A stretch of DNA of 26,180 nt, taken from the NCBI GenBank assembly GCA_028713935.1, contig JAQTNI010000017.1, positions 1 to 26,180 of the forward strand, read 5' to 3'. Source of the DNA: Candidatus Iainarchaeum sp. GTDB taxonomy: Archaea > Iainarchaeota > Iainarchaeia > Iainarchaeales > GCA-2688035. The notes below the pieces were generated by a model. The model was given only the letters and a program-made list of their open reading frames with translations, was not told the DNA's origin and did no database searches. How positions within the stretch are numbered: position 1 is the stretch's first letter; each line of letters begins with the position of its first letter. Shown here in pieces: positions 12,515 through 20,603 of the stretch. The position numbers and the translations under genes are program-made.

Positions 12515-14361
12515 GTTTCATCGCCTATCTGCACATGCTTTTGCTGTTCAAACATTCTTATTATTTCCATTACTGTTGTTGCCTCTTCTGGCTTTTTGTC
12601 GCGCCTTATTGAAATCATTCTGGGAAACCTCAAAGCAAGCCCGTCCCCGAGCTCTTTTTTTGCCGCAGTATGCACAGGGCTTTTTGTTATTTCGTCCGCA
12701 ACAACCTCTATCACAAGTTTTGGCTCTGCCCAGACATCTGCCTCAAGTTCGGAATCAACCCTTGCAGGGCGGTTTTTTGTTTTTATTTTGCTGAGAATTT
12801 TTTCCAGTTCAACTATTTTTTCCTCGCTCATTCCAGTGCCGATTTTTGCAATGCTCCTGAAAACATCTGCCTTGCTGTCATAAACAGCGGTCAGCAATGC
12901 GCCGAGGCCGAATTCTGTCCTCATTCCTTTTCCCCTGAAAAACCCTATTATTGCAACATCGATTGTATCAGTCAGCTCTCCCCTGTAAGACCGTTTTAGT
13001 TTTATCCAGGCAAATTTTCTTGCTCCCGCAATGTATCTTGCATTAAGGTCTTTTGCAATTATTCCCTCAAGGCCTTTTTCCACGTTTTCATTGAAAAACC
13101 TTTCAAGCTCTTTTGAAGAATCAGTTACAATGCTTTTTGTCAGTTCAATTGTCTGCCCGGGCTTTACCATTGCTTCAAGGATTTTTCTGCGCTTCTGGAA
13201 AGGCAAGGGCATCAAATTTTTTCCATTTTCAAAAAGCACGTCAAAAACAAACAGTTTCAATGGAAACTCCTTTGCCTTTTCCTTTATATCATATTTTCTT
13301 TTTCTCTGCATAGTTGCCTGAAAAGGCAGGTATTCCCCTGTCTGCTCGTTCACTGCAAGTGCTTCTCCCTCAAAAATTGCCTCTTTTGCCTTAACCTGCT
13401 TTCTCACTGCTTCTACAATTTCCGGGAACATTTCAGTCATGTTTTCAGAGCGCCTGCTGAAAATAGTCACTGCTTCTCCTTTTTTGTGGATTGCAAGCCT
13501 GAAACCATCGTATTTTGCCTCAACAGCGCATTTGCCGAGCTTTTCAATTATTTCTTCAGCACTTGGCAGCCTTTCAGCAAGAGTGGGCCTTATCGGGATT
13601 CCGACTGTTATCTCAATTGTGTCCAGCCCCTTTAAGCCTGACTTTTTCAGTTTTTTTGCAATGCTTCCCAGATCAGAATGCACATTGTATTTTTCCTCAA
13701 TTTTTTCCCTCACAAACACTTTTAATTTTCTTTCAAATTCCTCTTTTCTTTTTTCAGGCTTTTTTTCCTTCAAGGCAGAATCAATTTTTTCAGAAACCTT
13801 TTTGTCATTTTTTGCTTCTTCAACAAGGCTTATTGCGAAAGCATCCATTATTGTAGGGTCTCCTATTCCCAGCCTCAAATTTCCCAGGGGAATCCTGATA
13901 ATAAATTTTGCTTCAACAGGCCTTGCGGAATTCAATAATTCAGCCAAGAGCCTTATTTTCAAATCCTGGCTTCCTGTTCCTTCCGACTTTGCAATTTTCA
14001 GCAAATTCTGGAAAACCTTTTCAACAGTCAGTTCAGCTGAAAACAATGCGCTTTGCTTTTTTTTTCCGCAAAGCTCTTCTGCAACAAGCCCGAGGTCGCC
14101 TTTCTGCTTGTACAAATTCTCAATTTCCCTGTTTGAATAACCTGAAACCTTTGCAATTGCATCTTCAACAAATTTTTCCCCCATCCCGATATCAAGGCCC
14201 TTATCGGAAGACGCAATCCTGCCCTGGCACAAAAAAACCACCTGTTCAATATCCTCAACAGGTGTTTTTTTGAACAATTCAGCCAAAAAACCAGTCATGT
14301 CAAGCCGGGCACTTGCTTTTTCAATCCTTTCAAATGCCTCTGCAACAATGGAAAACTTCAT
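12511..14361 (-). CDS. lig: ATP-dependent DNA ligase
   Basis: The 616-aa protein carries the adenylation motif EAKYDGFRLAIH (KxDG). It also has FEGEALAV, LFVFDVL, EGIIAKD, WIKLKRSY and a C-terminal OB-fold region typical of archaeal/eukaryotic Lig1-type ligases. Confidence 0.95.
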   Translation of the reverse strand: MKFSIVAEAFERIEKASARLDMTGFLAELFKKTPVEDIEQVVFLCQGRIASSDKGLDIGMGEKFVEDAIAKVSGYSNREIENLYKQKGDLGLVAEELCGKKKQSALFSAELTVEKVFQNLLKIAKSEGTGSQDLKIRLLAELLNSARPVEAKFIIRIPLGNLRLGIGDPTIMDAFAISLVEEAKNDKKVSEKIDSALKEKKPEKRKEEFERKLKVFVREKIEEKYNVHSDLGSIAKKLKKSGLKGLDTIEITVGIPIRPTLAERLPSAEEIIEKLGKCAVEAKYDGFRLAIHKKGEAVTIFSRRSENMTEMFPEIVEAVRKQVKAKEAIFEGEALAVNEQTGEYLPFQATMQRKRKYDIKEKAKEFPLKLFVFDVLFENGKNLMPLPFQKRRKILEAMVKPGQTIELTKSIVTDSSKELERFFNENVEKGLEGIIAKDLNARYIAGARKFAWIKLKRSYRGELTDTIDVAIIGFFRGKGMRTEFGLGALLTAVYDSKADVFRSIAKIGTGMSEEKIVELEKILSKIKTKNRPARVDSELEADVWAEPKLVIEVVADEITKSPVHTAAKKELGDGLALRFPRMISIRRDKKPEEATTVMEIIRMFEQQKHVQIGDET

Positions 14362-14430
14362 GCTAAATAATAAGAAGCCTCTGGAATAAAAGCTTTATTT
14401 TGCAAAAAATACTTGTTGCAAAGTGGTTCC

Positions 14431-14790
14431 ATGATTCAGGATGATTTCATTTTCAGGCTTTTTTTTGGCAGCCTTTTAGCCATGGCTCTCAGCATTGTTT
14501 TTTTTGCAGTATGCATTTTTTTAGCGGGAAAAATAACCAGTGAAAAAGAAAACACTCCGCAGAACGCAATCCAGGTAGCATTAATCGCCTTCTTAATCGG
14601 AATTGCAATAAAAATGCTTTCCTTTGTTGACACAATTTTTCTTGTTGCGCTGCAATTTTTTGCAGCCCTGTTTGCAATAAAATATTTTTACAAAAACAAT
14701 TATTCAAACGCAGCAATCCTGTTGGTAATCGCATTAATAATTTTCATTATCCTCGAATGGCTCACAGCGCCATGGATAATTGGTTTCTGA
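14431..14790 (+). CDS. Small polytopic membrane protein
   Basis: The ORF runs from the first ATG (14431) and gives about 119 aa with 4 hydrophobic helices. It is divergent from lig. Confidence 0.5.
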   Translation: MIQDDFIFRLFFGSLLAMALSIVFFAVCIFLAGKITSEKENTPQNAIQVALIAFLIGIAIKMLSFVDTIFLVALQFFAALFAIKYFYKNNYSNAAILLVIALIIFIILEWLTAPWIIGF

Positions 14791-14843
14791 AAACAAACCA
14801 AACAATATTTATTCCAAATCAAGCCAATTGTTACAGTGAGAAA

Positions 14844-15398
14844 ATGCCGAGAAAAGCAGCAGAAAGAAAGCAAGTAAAACGGGGGGCTAATAAAGGCTGG
14901 AGCGCAAGAAAAAAAGATCCCTCCAAATTGTTTGACACACGGCAGCCTTTTGCCGGCTTAATCCCGGGCAGAGAAGGAATCAGAAAAAGCACTGCAACAA
15001 GAATTGATGAATCGAAACACTCGCCATATGCCAATAATGCGGCAATTTTAAATGACATTTTTTCTCTTCAGCCAGGTGAAAAACCATTGCAGATAAAAAT
15101 TTGGCGCCCCATTAAGCAAAAGCAGTTTTTTGAATCAGTTATTTCGTTTGAAGCCAAAGAAATTCCAACTGAAAGAAAGATTCAACTGGCAAGGCGAATC
15201 CGCATCAGGTCTTCTGACATTGGGCGCGTTTTTATCAGGCGAACCATTGGAAATGATGCCGCCGCCAAACCAGTGTATTATTTGGAATTAAAAAACGACA
15301 AAGGCACAACAGCTCTTTATAGGGTTCCGGTGCCTGACCAGATTGTGTGGAAAAGGCAAGACAGGCAGGTTCCAACAGTCCAGTCTTTCTTGGAATAG
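14844..15398 (+). CDS. Hypothetical protein with a strongly basic N-terminus
   Basis: The ATG at 14844 (MPRKAAERKQVKRG...) is preceded by AATATTTATT about 35 nt upstream. The ORF-track start at 14757 would overlap the preceding gene. I do not recognise a family. Confidence 0.5.
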   Translation: MPRKAAERKQVKRGANKGWSARKKDPSKLFDTRQPFAGLIPGREGIRKSTATRIDESKHSPYANNAAILNDIFSLQPGEKPLQIKIWRPIKQKQFFESVISFEAKEIPTERKIQLARRIRIRSSDIGRVFIRRTIGNDAAAKPVYYLELKNDKGTTALYRVPVPDQIVWKRQDRQVPTVQSFLE

Positions 15399-15449
15399 TT
15401 GGTGCAGTGGCTTCCTTTGTTTTCTGTTTTTTGGATGAATCCACAGAGC

Positions 15450-15926
15450 TTAAACAAAAGTCGCGCTTATCCAGTTTCCCACGAAACTGCTGATTATTAT
15501 TACAACAATTGCAATTGCCAGGTGTTCTGCAATTACTCTCCAACAGGCGATTTTTTCCTGTTTTGCAATGAAAAAGCTCATTAATGCCAATACCCCCAGG
15601 CCATAAGCAATGCTCACTAGAACAGCAATTGAAAGAGGCAGCAAGAAAATTGGAACAAGGAAAGTCAGTGCAAAAACCAGTTTTGCAAAAAAAGTTGTAA
15701 TTGTTGCTTCCCAAACCTGCCTTGCATTTTTCTGGTTTGAGGATTCGGCAGACATGTGCATTCCAAGCGCATCTGAAAATGCATCTGCAATTGCAATAGT
15801 CAAAACTCCCCCTACAACCACTAGCTCTGAATGGGTTCCGGAGTTTAATCCAACCATTAAGCCAAGAGTAGTGATTGCCCCGGAAGTCAGGCCAAAACTC
15901 AATCCCTCTTTAACAGAAGAATCCAT
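15450..15926 (-). CDS. VIT1/CCC1-like membrane protein (short form)
   Basis: The 158-aa protein carries GLTSGAITTLGLMVGLNSG....VVGGVLTIAIADAFSDALGMHMS followed by three more helices. This resembles the VIT1-family core. The assignment rests on motif resemblance only. Confidence 0.55.
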   Translation of the reverse strand: MDSSVKEGLSFGLTSGAITTLGLMVGLNSGTHSELVVVGGVLTIAIADAFSDALGMHMSAESSNQKNARQVWEATITTFFAKLVFALTFLVPIFLLPLSIAVLVSIAYGLGVLALMSFFIAKQEKIACWRVIAEHLAIAIVVIIISSFVGNWISATFV

Positions 15927-16055
15927 GCTTAATATGAAAATTCTTCCAGTTAAATAAGCTTTTGGTTAAGGACTTGCGAAATAGCCTTTTTTGTGTATAA
16001 CGCGTATTTTTAAGTAAAAAATTAATATTAAAGGTACTGCGTTCTTCATGCCATT

Positions 16056-16541
16056 TTAAGTTTTTTTTACTTGCGACCTTTTTCTAGGGGCGTAATTTTG
16101 AGGGGTGATACGTAAAAAATTATTCATCAGGTCTCTGGCAAAATTTTCCCACTCTCTTTCTATATCTTCTCCAGTTCGTTCTCCCACTAGCGGGTTTTTT
16201 ATTTTTGCATATCTCATGGTTGTTTTAAGACGCCCAATTATTTTATCCTGAATTTGCCGATAAGTAAGTCCTTGCTTTACGTATCTTCTTATTGGAATTG
16301 TTGCCATTGCATGTCTTATTGCAGGGTACTCAAGTAACCAATCTTGCGGGGAGGTAATAGAAGTATTCGGTCTTCTCTGCTTATTTTCTAAATGTGTTAA
16401 TTTTGGTCTTATTCCAGTGTATGCTGTCCAACCCACGCGCGGTGACTTTTGAACGAAGTTTCTGGTGTGTCTAAGTGGCTTTCTCATAAAATTATTTTGT
16501 TTGTCTTTGTTTATATACTTTGCCATGAACAACGCGTGCAT
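16056..16541 (-). CDS. Hypothetical basic protein
   Basis: The ORF is 161 aa. An alternative start at 16526 (MAKYINK) fits a TATA-like AAAATAGTTATTT just upstream. The region is AT-rich. I do not recognise a family. Confidence 0.45.
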   Translation of the reverse strand: MHALFMAKYINKDKQNNFMRKPLRHTRNFVQKSPRVGWTAYTGIRPKLTHLENKQRRPNTSITSPQDWLLEYPAIRHAMATIPIRRYVKQGLTYRQIQDKIIGRLKTTMRYAKIKNPLVGERTGEDIEREWENFARDLMNNFLRITPQNYAPRKRSQVKKT

Positions 16542-16583
16542 AAATAACTATTTTCAAGATTTTCACACAAAAAAGGTTAAGCG

Positions 16584-16952
16584 TCACAGAATGATTGCGT
16601 TTTCGCCTTCAAAATGCTTGTCACCAGTGACTATTTTCAGGCAATGTTGTTTTGCAGTGGCAAGAATTATTGCATCAACCATCCCAAAATTTTTTGAAAT
16701 TTTTCTTTTTTTTAGTTTTAATATGCCAGCCAATTCCAAAGTGGAATAATCTAAGCCAATTATTGTAGAGAAAGATTTTACAAAAAGCATTATTTTTTCT
16801 ATTTCTAGGCTTTCTTTTTCAATCCACTCGCTTATTTCAGCCAGGCAAATCGCACTGGTAAAACAAGGATTGCTGTGAAGAATTTCGTTTACCCTTGCGC
16901 CTTTTTCAGTGGCATTGAAAAATTCAATCCACGCAAAAGTATCCAGAAGCAA
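16584..16952 (-). CDS. vapC: PIN-domain toxin, VapC family
   Basis: The 122-aa protein has the PIN acidic residues in the usual contexts: MLLDTFAWIEF, LAEISEW, DAIILATA and IVTGDKHF. It lies directly downstream of an AbrB-type antitoxin gene. Confidence 0.85.
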   Translation of the reverse strand: MLLDTFAWIEFFNATEKGARVNEILHSNPCFTSAICLAEISEWIEKESLEIEKIMLFVKSFSTIIGLDYSTLELAGILKLKKRKISKNFGMVDAIILATAKQHCLKIVTGDKHFEGENAIIL

Positions 16953-17159
16953 TTAAATCACTCTGTCTTTGTGGTCCCTTCTGAATGGTTTGGTTTTTAC
17001 ACAGCCAAAAGCTTCTTCCAAAAGAGACAAATCTTTTTTTATTATTGCAACCTGCACAATCTCGTTCTCCTTTATTTTGCCTTCATTTGCAATTTCCTTT
17101 GGGATGAGCACTCCAAGCGAAGTGCCAACCTGGCGGACCTTGCTTTCAAAAACACGCAT
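16953..17159 (-). CDS. vapB: AbrB/SpoVT-type antitoxin, VapB family
   Basis: The 68-aa protein carries the swapped-hairpin signature VRQVGTSLGVLIPKEIANEGKIKENEIVQV. It abuts vapC. Confidence 0.8.
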   Translation of the reverse strand: MRVFESKVRQVGTSLGVLIPKEIANEGKIKENEIVQVAIIKKDLSLLEEAFGCVKTKPFRRDHKDRVI

Positions 17160-17226
17160 TAAATCACCTTATTATAATACATTATAATAAGATTATTTAA
17201 ACGTGCTGGCACTTTTTAAACAAGTT

Positions 17227-17460
17227 TTATTCCGCTTCTGTTGAATCCTTGAATGCAAGGTATTCATATGCCCTTTGCAGTGCGACAATTGCTTTTGGCA
17301 AATCATTCATGTGCAAAGAACTTGAACTTTGCCATTTTTCCTCTTTGTCCTTGTAACGCTTGTCAAGCGACACAGTATTGTATCTGCCGCCCTCTTTTTT
17401 CTCGTTTTCCCATATTGCGACCTGAATTGCGCCTGCCTTGAATTTTTTCACAGGAACCAT
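17227..17460 (-). CDS. Small conserved-looking hypothetical protein, possibly nucleic-acid binding
   Basis: The 77-aa ORF is preceded by a strong SD (GGAGGTGG, 4-nt spacer). Its sequence is FKAGAIQVAIWENEKKEGGRYNTVSLDKRYKDKEEKWQSSSSLHMNDLP. A PC4/YdbC-like fold is only a guess. Confidence 0.55.
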   Translation of the reverse strand: MVPVKKFKAGAIQVAIWENEKKEGGRYNTVSLDKRYKDKEEKWQSSSSLHMNDLPKAIVALQRAYEYLAFKDSTEAE

Positions 17461-17571
17461 AAACCCACCTCCAAAAAGCCTTTCTTAAAAAGAAAGCCTT
17501 GGGAAAGAAACAATTTTTCCTTTGGAAAAATTGCTGACTTATGAAAAAAATTAAAAATAAAAAAAATTTGC

Positions 17572-17682
17572 TTAGCAACAGTAGCCAATCAGCCTTGCAA
17601 TCGGATGAAACCTTTGCATGACCACAAACGGGCTTGCCTGGCCAGTTGATTCAACAAACCTCAAAATTTTCATTGAATTCAT
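17572..17682 (-). CDS. Candidate 36-codon small ORF (MNSMKILRFVESTGQASPFVVMQRFHPIARLIGYCC)
   Basis: It is not in the ORF track because it is too short. It starts with ATG preceded by GAGGTGA with a 6-nt spacer. A long T-rich run follows the stop on the minus strand. Local GC is higher than in the flanks. Confidence 0.3.
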   Translation of the reverse strand: MNSMKILRFVESTGQASPFVVMQRFHPIARLIGYCC

Positions 17683-17808
17683 AACAAATCACCTCTGAAA
17701 AAACTACGCTTCCCCTGCTTTAAAAAGCTTTGAAGCCCCGGATTTCCCCTAATCCGCTATTGATTTTCCTTTTAAAATATTTCCACGCATAATTCCTTTG
17801 GAATTAAC

Positions 17809-18150
17809 ATGGCTGAACTAGCAAGCAAAAAATGTGTTCCCTGCCAGATTGGCGCGCCCGTCTTGAGCAAGGAAAAAGCGGAAGAATTATTGAAGCGGGT
17901 TTCAGGCTGGGCCTTTATTGAAAATGCAAAAAAAATCCAGAAAACCTTTGAATTCAGGGATTTTGCAGCCGCAATGAAATTTCTCAACAAAGCCGCGGAA
18001 ATTGCGGAAAAAGAAGGCCATCACCCGGATTTTTTTGTTTCCTACAACAAAATCACTTTCACGCTTTTCACGCACAAAATAAATGGCCTGCACGAAAACG
18101 ACTTCATTCTCGCGGCAAAAATGGACAAAATAAAAAAGGACAATGATTGA
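17809..18150 (+). CDS. phhB: Pterin-4-alpha-carbinolamine dehydratase (PCD/DCoH family)
   Basis: The 113-aa protein carries CVPC...L, WAFIENAKKIQKTFEFRDFAAAMKFLNKAAEIAEKEGHHPD and ITFTLFTHKINGLHENDF. These are classic PCD motifs. Confidence 0.9.
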   Translation: MAELASKKCVPCQIGAPVLSKEKAEELLKRVSGWAFIENAKKIQKTFEFRDFAAAMKFLNKAAEIAEKEGHHPDFFVSYNKITFTLFTHKINGLHENDFILAAKMDKIKKDND

Positions 18151-18165
18151 TTTTAAAATATAACC
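18151..18165 (+). promoter_or_regulatory. Candidate TATA box for tRNA-Pro(UGG)
   Basis: TTTTAAAATATAACC lies about 30-35 nt upstream of the tRNA 5' end at 18190. Confidence 0.4.
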
Positions 18166-18189
18166 AATTCTAATTATTCTTAATTACCA

Positions 18190-18299
18190 GGGGCTTTAGT
18201 CTAGCCTGGTCCAGGATCCGCGCTTTGGGCCGAATTTTCTTCGTTAAAAGAAAACTCGCAAGTTAGCGTGTGACGGGGGTTCAAATCCTCCAAGCCCCA
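18190..18299 (+). tRNA. tRNA-Pro(UGG) with a 35-nt BHB intron at 37/38 (intron 18230-18264)
   Basis: The sequence reads GGGGCTT-TA-GTCT-AGCCTGGTCCA-GGAT-C-CGCGC-TTTGGG[35 nt]A-GCGTG-TGAC-GGGGG-TTCAAAT-CCTCC-AAGCCCC-A. The intron forms a BHB: a TTTG/CAAG central helix, 3-nt bulges GG^C and TT^A, and an outer helix CGA.TTTTC/GAAAA.TCG. Confidence 0.85.
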
Positions 18300-18323
18300 A
18301 TTCCAAGAATAAAAGCTTTTTTT

Positions 18324-18803
18324 ATGAAGCAGCGAAGAATAACTGGAAGGCGCAATCGCAGGACTGCTCCAATAAAATTAATTGGAGGGTCCGCAAATTT
18401 TTTGATTCGCCACAAGGTTTCCAGTGGCTTAGCAAGAACAGCCAGAGCAAGAAAGCTTGTTTCGGGCAGGAATTGTTCTTTTGAAGACCTGATGAAAATT
18501 GCCCCGAAAACAGTGGTTTTGAAAAATCCAGTGGCGGTTTTGGATTACGAATCTTTTGTTGAAGATTTGCAATCAAGAGCCAGCAAGCCAGAGCATTATG
18601 AGCAAGTGTCCAAGCAGTGGCTTTTGATTGCCAGTTCTTTGAATTACCTAAGAGAACAAATGAGAGAAAGCGAATTTATTGATGACAAAGTGGTTTATTA
18701 TTTTGAAAGAACCCTGGATGCTGCAAAAACATCCAGAAGTAACCACCAGCAACGAATAGTAAGGCAAACAGCCACTTATGCCGGAATCCGCTTAAAACCC
18801 TGA
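18324..18803 (+). CDS. Hypothetical protein with an arginine-rich N-terminus
   Basis: I chose the ATG at 18324 (MKQRRITGRRNRRTAP...). The ORF-track start at 18270 lies inside the tRNA. I do not recognise a family. Confidence 0.5.
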   Translation: MKQRRITGRRNRRTAPIKLIGGSANFLIRHKVSSGLARTARARKLVSGRNCSFEDLMKIAPKTVVLKNPVAVLDYESFVEDLQSRASKPEHYEQVSKQWLLIASSLNYLREQMRESEFIDDKVVYYFERTLDAAKTSRSNHQQRIVRQTATYAGIRLKP

Positions 18804-18857
18804 AACCAAGATTAAGCCAAAAAATTCTGCCAATCCAAATTCTTTTTCTCATCCAGT

Positions 18858-18870
18858 CCTAATTTTAAAT
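18858..18870 (+). promoter_or_regulatory. Candidate TATA box for tRNA-Pro(GGG)
   Basis: CCTAATTTTAAAT lies about 30 nt upstream of the tRNA 5' end at 18897. Confidence 0.4.
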
Positions 18871-18896
18871 TTTGCCTGAAACAATCTTATTGTTAG

Positions 18897-18970
18897 GGGG
18901 CTTTAGTCTAGCTTGGTTAGGACTCATGCTTGGGGTGCATGCAACCGGAGTTCAAATCTTCGAAGCCCCA
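18897..18970 (+). tRNA. tRNA-Pro(GGG), intronless
   Basis: The sequence reads GGGGCTT-TA-GTCT-AGCTTGGTTA-GGAC-T-CATGC-TTGGGGT-GCATG-CAAC-CGGAG-TTCAAAT-CTTCG-AAGCCCC-A. The cloverleaf is regular. Confidence 0.9.
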
Positions 18971-20400
18971 ATTAACCTTTCCAATTTTTTTGCAGGGATT
19001 TTTGTAAAATTGAAAAAATTGTTGAGCTTGCTGAAAGAGTACCCTTCTTTTATTTTCTTTTTATATTCTTCTTCTGTGAACCATTTTTCGGAGATTGCTT
19101 TTTTGTAATAGCTGCAGCCCGGGAAAACCATTAAAAAACCCGTAGAAATTTCATCCACAATTTTTTTCAAAGAATTAGCCTTCCCAATGTCATTTTCCAA
19201 TTCCTCAATTGTTTCGCCTGGAAAGCCATGCATCATGTAAATGTCAATCTTCAAGCCCTGTTTTTTTATAAATTTGCACAAATTTTTTATCATTCGAAAA
19301 GAAATTTTTTTGAAATCCATTTTGCTGTTGAATCTCTGGTTGAATGTGTCAATCGCCAGGGTTATTACATTAAATCCGGCTTTCTTCAAAAGCAAGACAA
19401 ATTTTTTGTTTATTTTTCCATTGTTAAAAAAAATCCGCAGGAAGAAAGCATTGGGATTATACAAAACTATTTTGGGTTTTTTCTTCCTGTATTTTCCCAT
19501 TAATTCCAGAAAAATTTTGTCTTCCTTATGCAGGCCGAATGCATCTGCCTGATTGTAAAAAACGTCTACTCCGTACTTTTCGTGCAATAGTTTTATTTGC
19601 CCAAAAAGCTTTTTCCCGCCCATGTGCCTGATTTTTTTACCCTCCCTTTGGAAAGAACTGCAATACTCGCAGCCCATAGGGCACCCCCTCGAACCATAAA
19701 AAACGCAGCTCCTGGTTTTTGCTGGCAAATTTGATTTGTATAGCCTGTCTTTCCTTGTAATCTTTTCGGGGTAGCGGTATTCTCCGTTTTCTTTGAATAA
19801 GACAGCCTCATAATCAAAATAAGGATTAAATTTTTTTGAACTGCCGGGTTTTTCATTTAGTATTATCTTCCCCCTTTCTTTGAATGCAATCCCGTTTATT
19901 TTGCCAAAATTTTGTTTTTTATTTTCAATCTCCCTAATTAATCTGGAAATTATTCCTTCTCCCTCTCCCAGAACCACAAAATCAATATTCTTGTTTTCAA
20001 GATGCCACAAAGGGGTTTGGCTTGCAAAGCCACCCCCCGCAATAACTTTTATTTTTGGGGAAACCTTTTTTGTGATATCTGCTGCTTCAAAAACCATTTC
20101 CATATTCATGACAAATAGGGAAGTAACCAAAACAACATCGGGCCTTGTTTTTTTTATTTTTTTTGTTAATTCCTTGTTTTCCAATCCAAATCGGAAAATA
20201 TTTTTTCTTACCCTTTTGGAGTGCATCTGCCCTTCTGCAGCCATGTCAATAAAAAAGATTTTGTGTCCTTTTTCCTTTAATTTGCCAAGAATAAGCAATG
20301 CAGGAACAGAAACATTAGGTCTTATTGCCCCGGTTCCTTTTTTCCTCCCGGCTTCAGAATTGAAAAGCATTGGAGGGTTTACAAACAAAATTCTTGCCAT
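18952..20400 (-). CDS. B12-binding-domain radical SAM protein (class B type)
   Basis: The 482-aa protein has an N-terminal cobalamin-binding-like Rossmann segment (DVVLVTSLF...KVIAGGGFAS...DFVVLGEGEG). It carries the radical SAM CxxxCxxC motif (SRGCPMGCEYCSS). It looks AT-rich. Its last 19 nt overlap the 3' end of tRNA-Pro(GGG) on the other strand. Confidence 0.85.
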   Translation of the reverse strand: MARILFVNPPMLFNSEAGRKKGTGAIRPNVSVPALLILGKLKEKGHKIFFIDMAAEGQMHSKRVRKNIFRFGLENKELTKKIKKTRPDVVLVTSLFVMNMEMVFEAADITKKVSPKIKVIAGGGFASQTPLWHLENKNIDFVVLGEGEGIISRLIREIENKKQNFGKINGIAFKERGKIILNEKPGSSKKFNPYFDYEAVLFKENGEYRYPEKITRKDRLYKSNLPAKTRSCVFYGSRGCPMGCEYCSSFQREGKKIRHMGGKKLFGQIKLLHEKYGVDVFYNQADAFGLHKEDKIFLELMGKYRKKKPKIVLYNPNAFFLRIFFNNGKINKKFVLLLKKAGFNVITLAIDTFNQRFNSKMDFKKISFRMIKNLCKFIKKQGLKIDIYMMHGFPGETIEELENDIGKANSLKKIVDEISTGFLMVFPGCSYYKKAISEKWFTEEEYKKKIKEGYSFSKLNNFFNFTKIPAKKLERLIGASKI

Positions 20401-20565
20401 GAATAATCTAAAATAAGAAAGTTATTATTAACCAAATTTTGCACAATTTTTGTAAAGTTAGTTTGCTGTGTTGGAACTTAAAAAACTTTTTCTGAAAAAA
20501 TAGCGGAAACCTGCTCTCAAAGCCTTTTTATCTGAATTTGGGTTTTGTTTTGTAAAAAGGTTTTT

Positions 20566-20603
20566 ATATATGATGCCATAATATATATTCTGGTGTCATA
20601 TAT
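20566..20603. promoter_or_regulatory. AT-rich inverted repeat (candidate operator/TATA region) upstream of the 20619 gene pair
   Basis: ATATATGATGCCA (20566-20578) pairs with TGGTGTCATATAT (20591-20603) at 11 of 13 positions. The arms flank TAATATATATTC. The right arm ends 16 nt before the ATG at 20619. Confidence 0.4.

Noticed and set aside
14757-14843. The upstream ATG at 14757 for the 14757-15398 ORF.
   Set aside because: It would overlap the preceding membrane-protein gene by 34 nt and add a non-descript N-terminus. The ATG at 14844 has a TATA-like box at the expected distance. This is a judgement call, not proof.
17728-17742. TTTGAAGCCCCGG as an att-like partial repeat of the tRNA-Pro 3' end (TTCGAAGCCCCA).
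   Set aside because: Only 8 contiguous nt match, and the sequence lies on the wrong side (upstream) of the tRNA for an island boundary. This is compatible with chance.
18270-18323. The ORF-track start (GTG 18270) for the 18270-18803 ORF.
   Set aside because: That start lies inside tRNA-Pro(UGG). The ATG at 18324, just after the tRNA, gives a sensible N-terminus.
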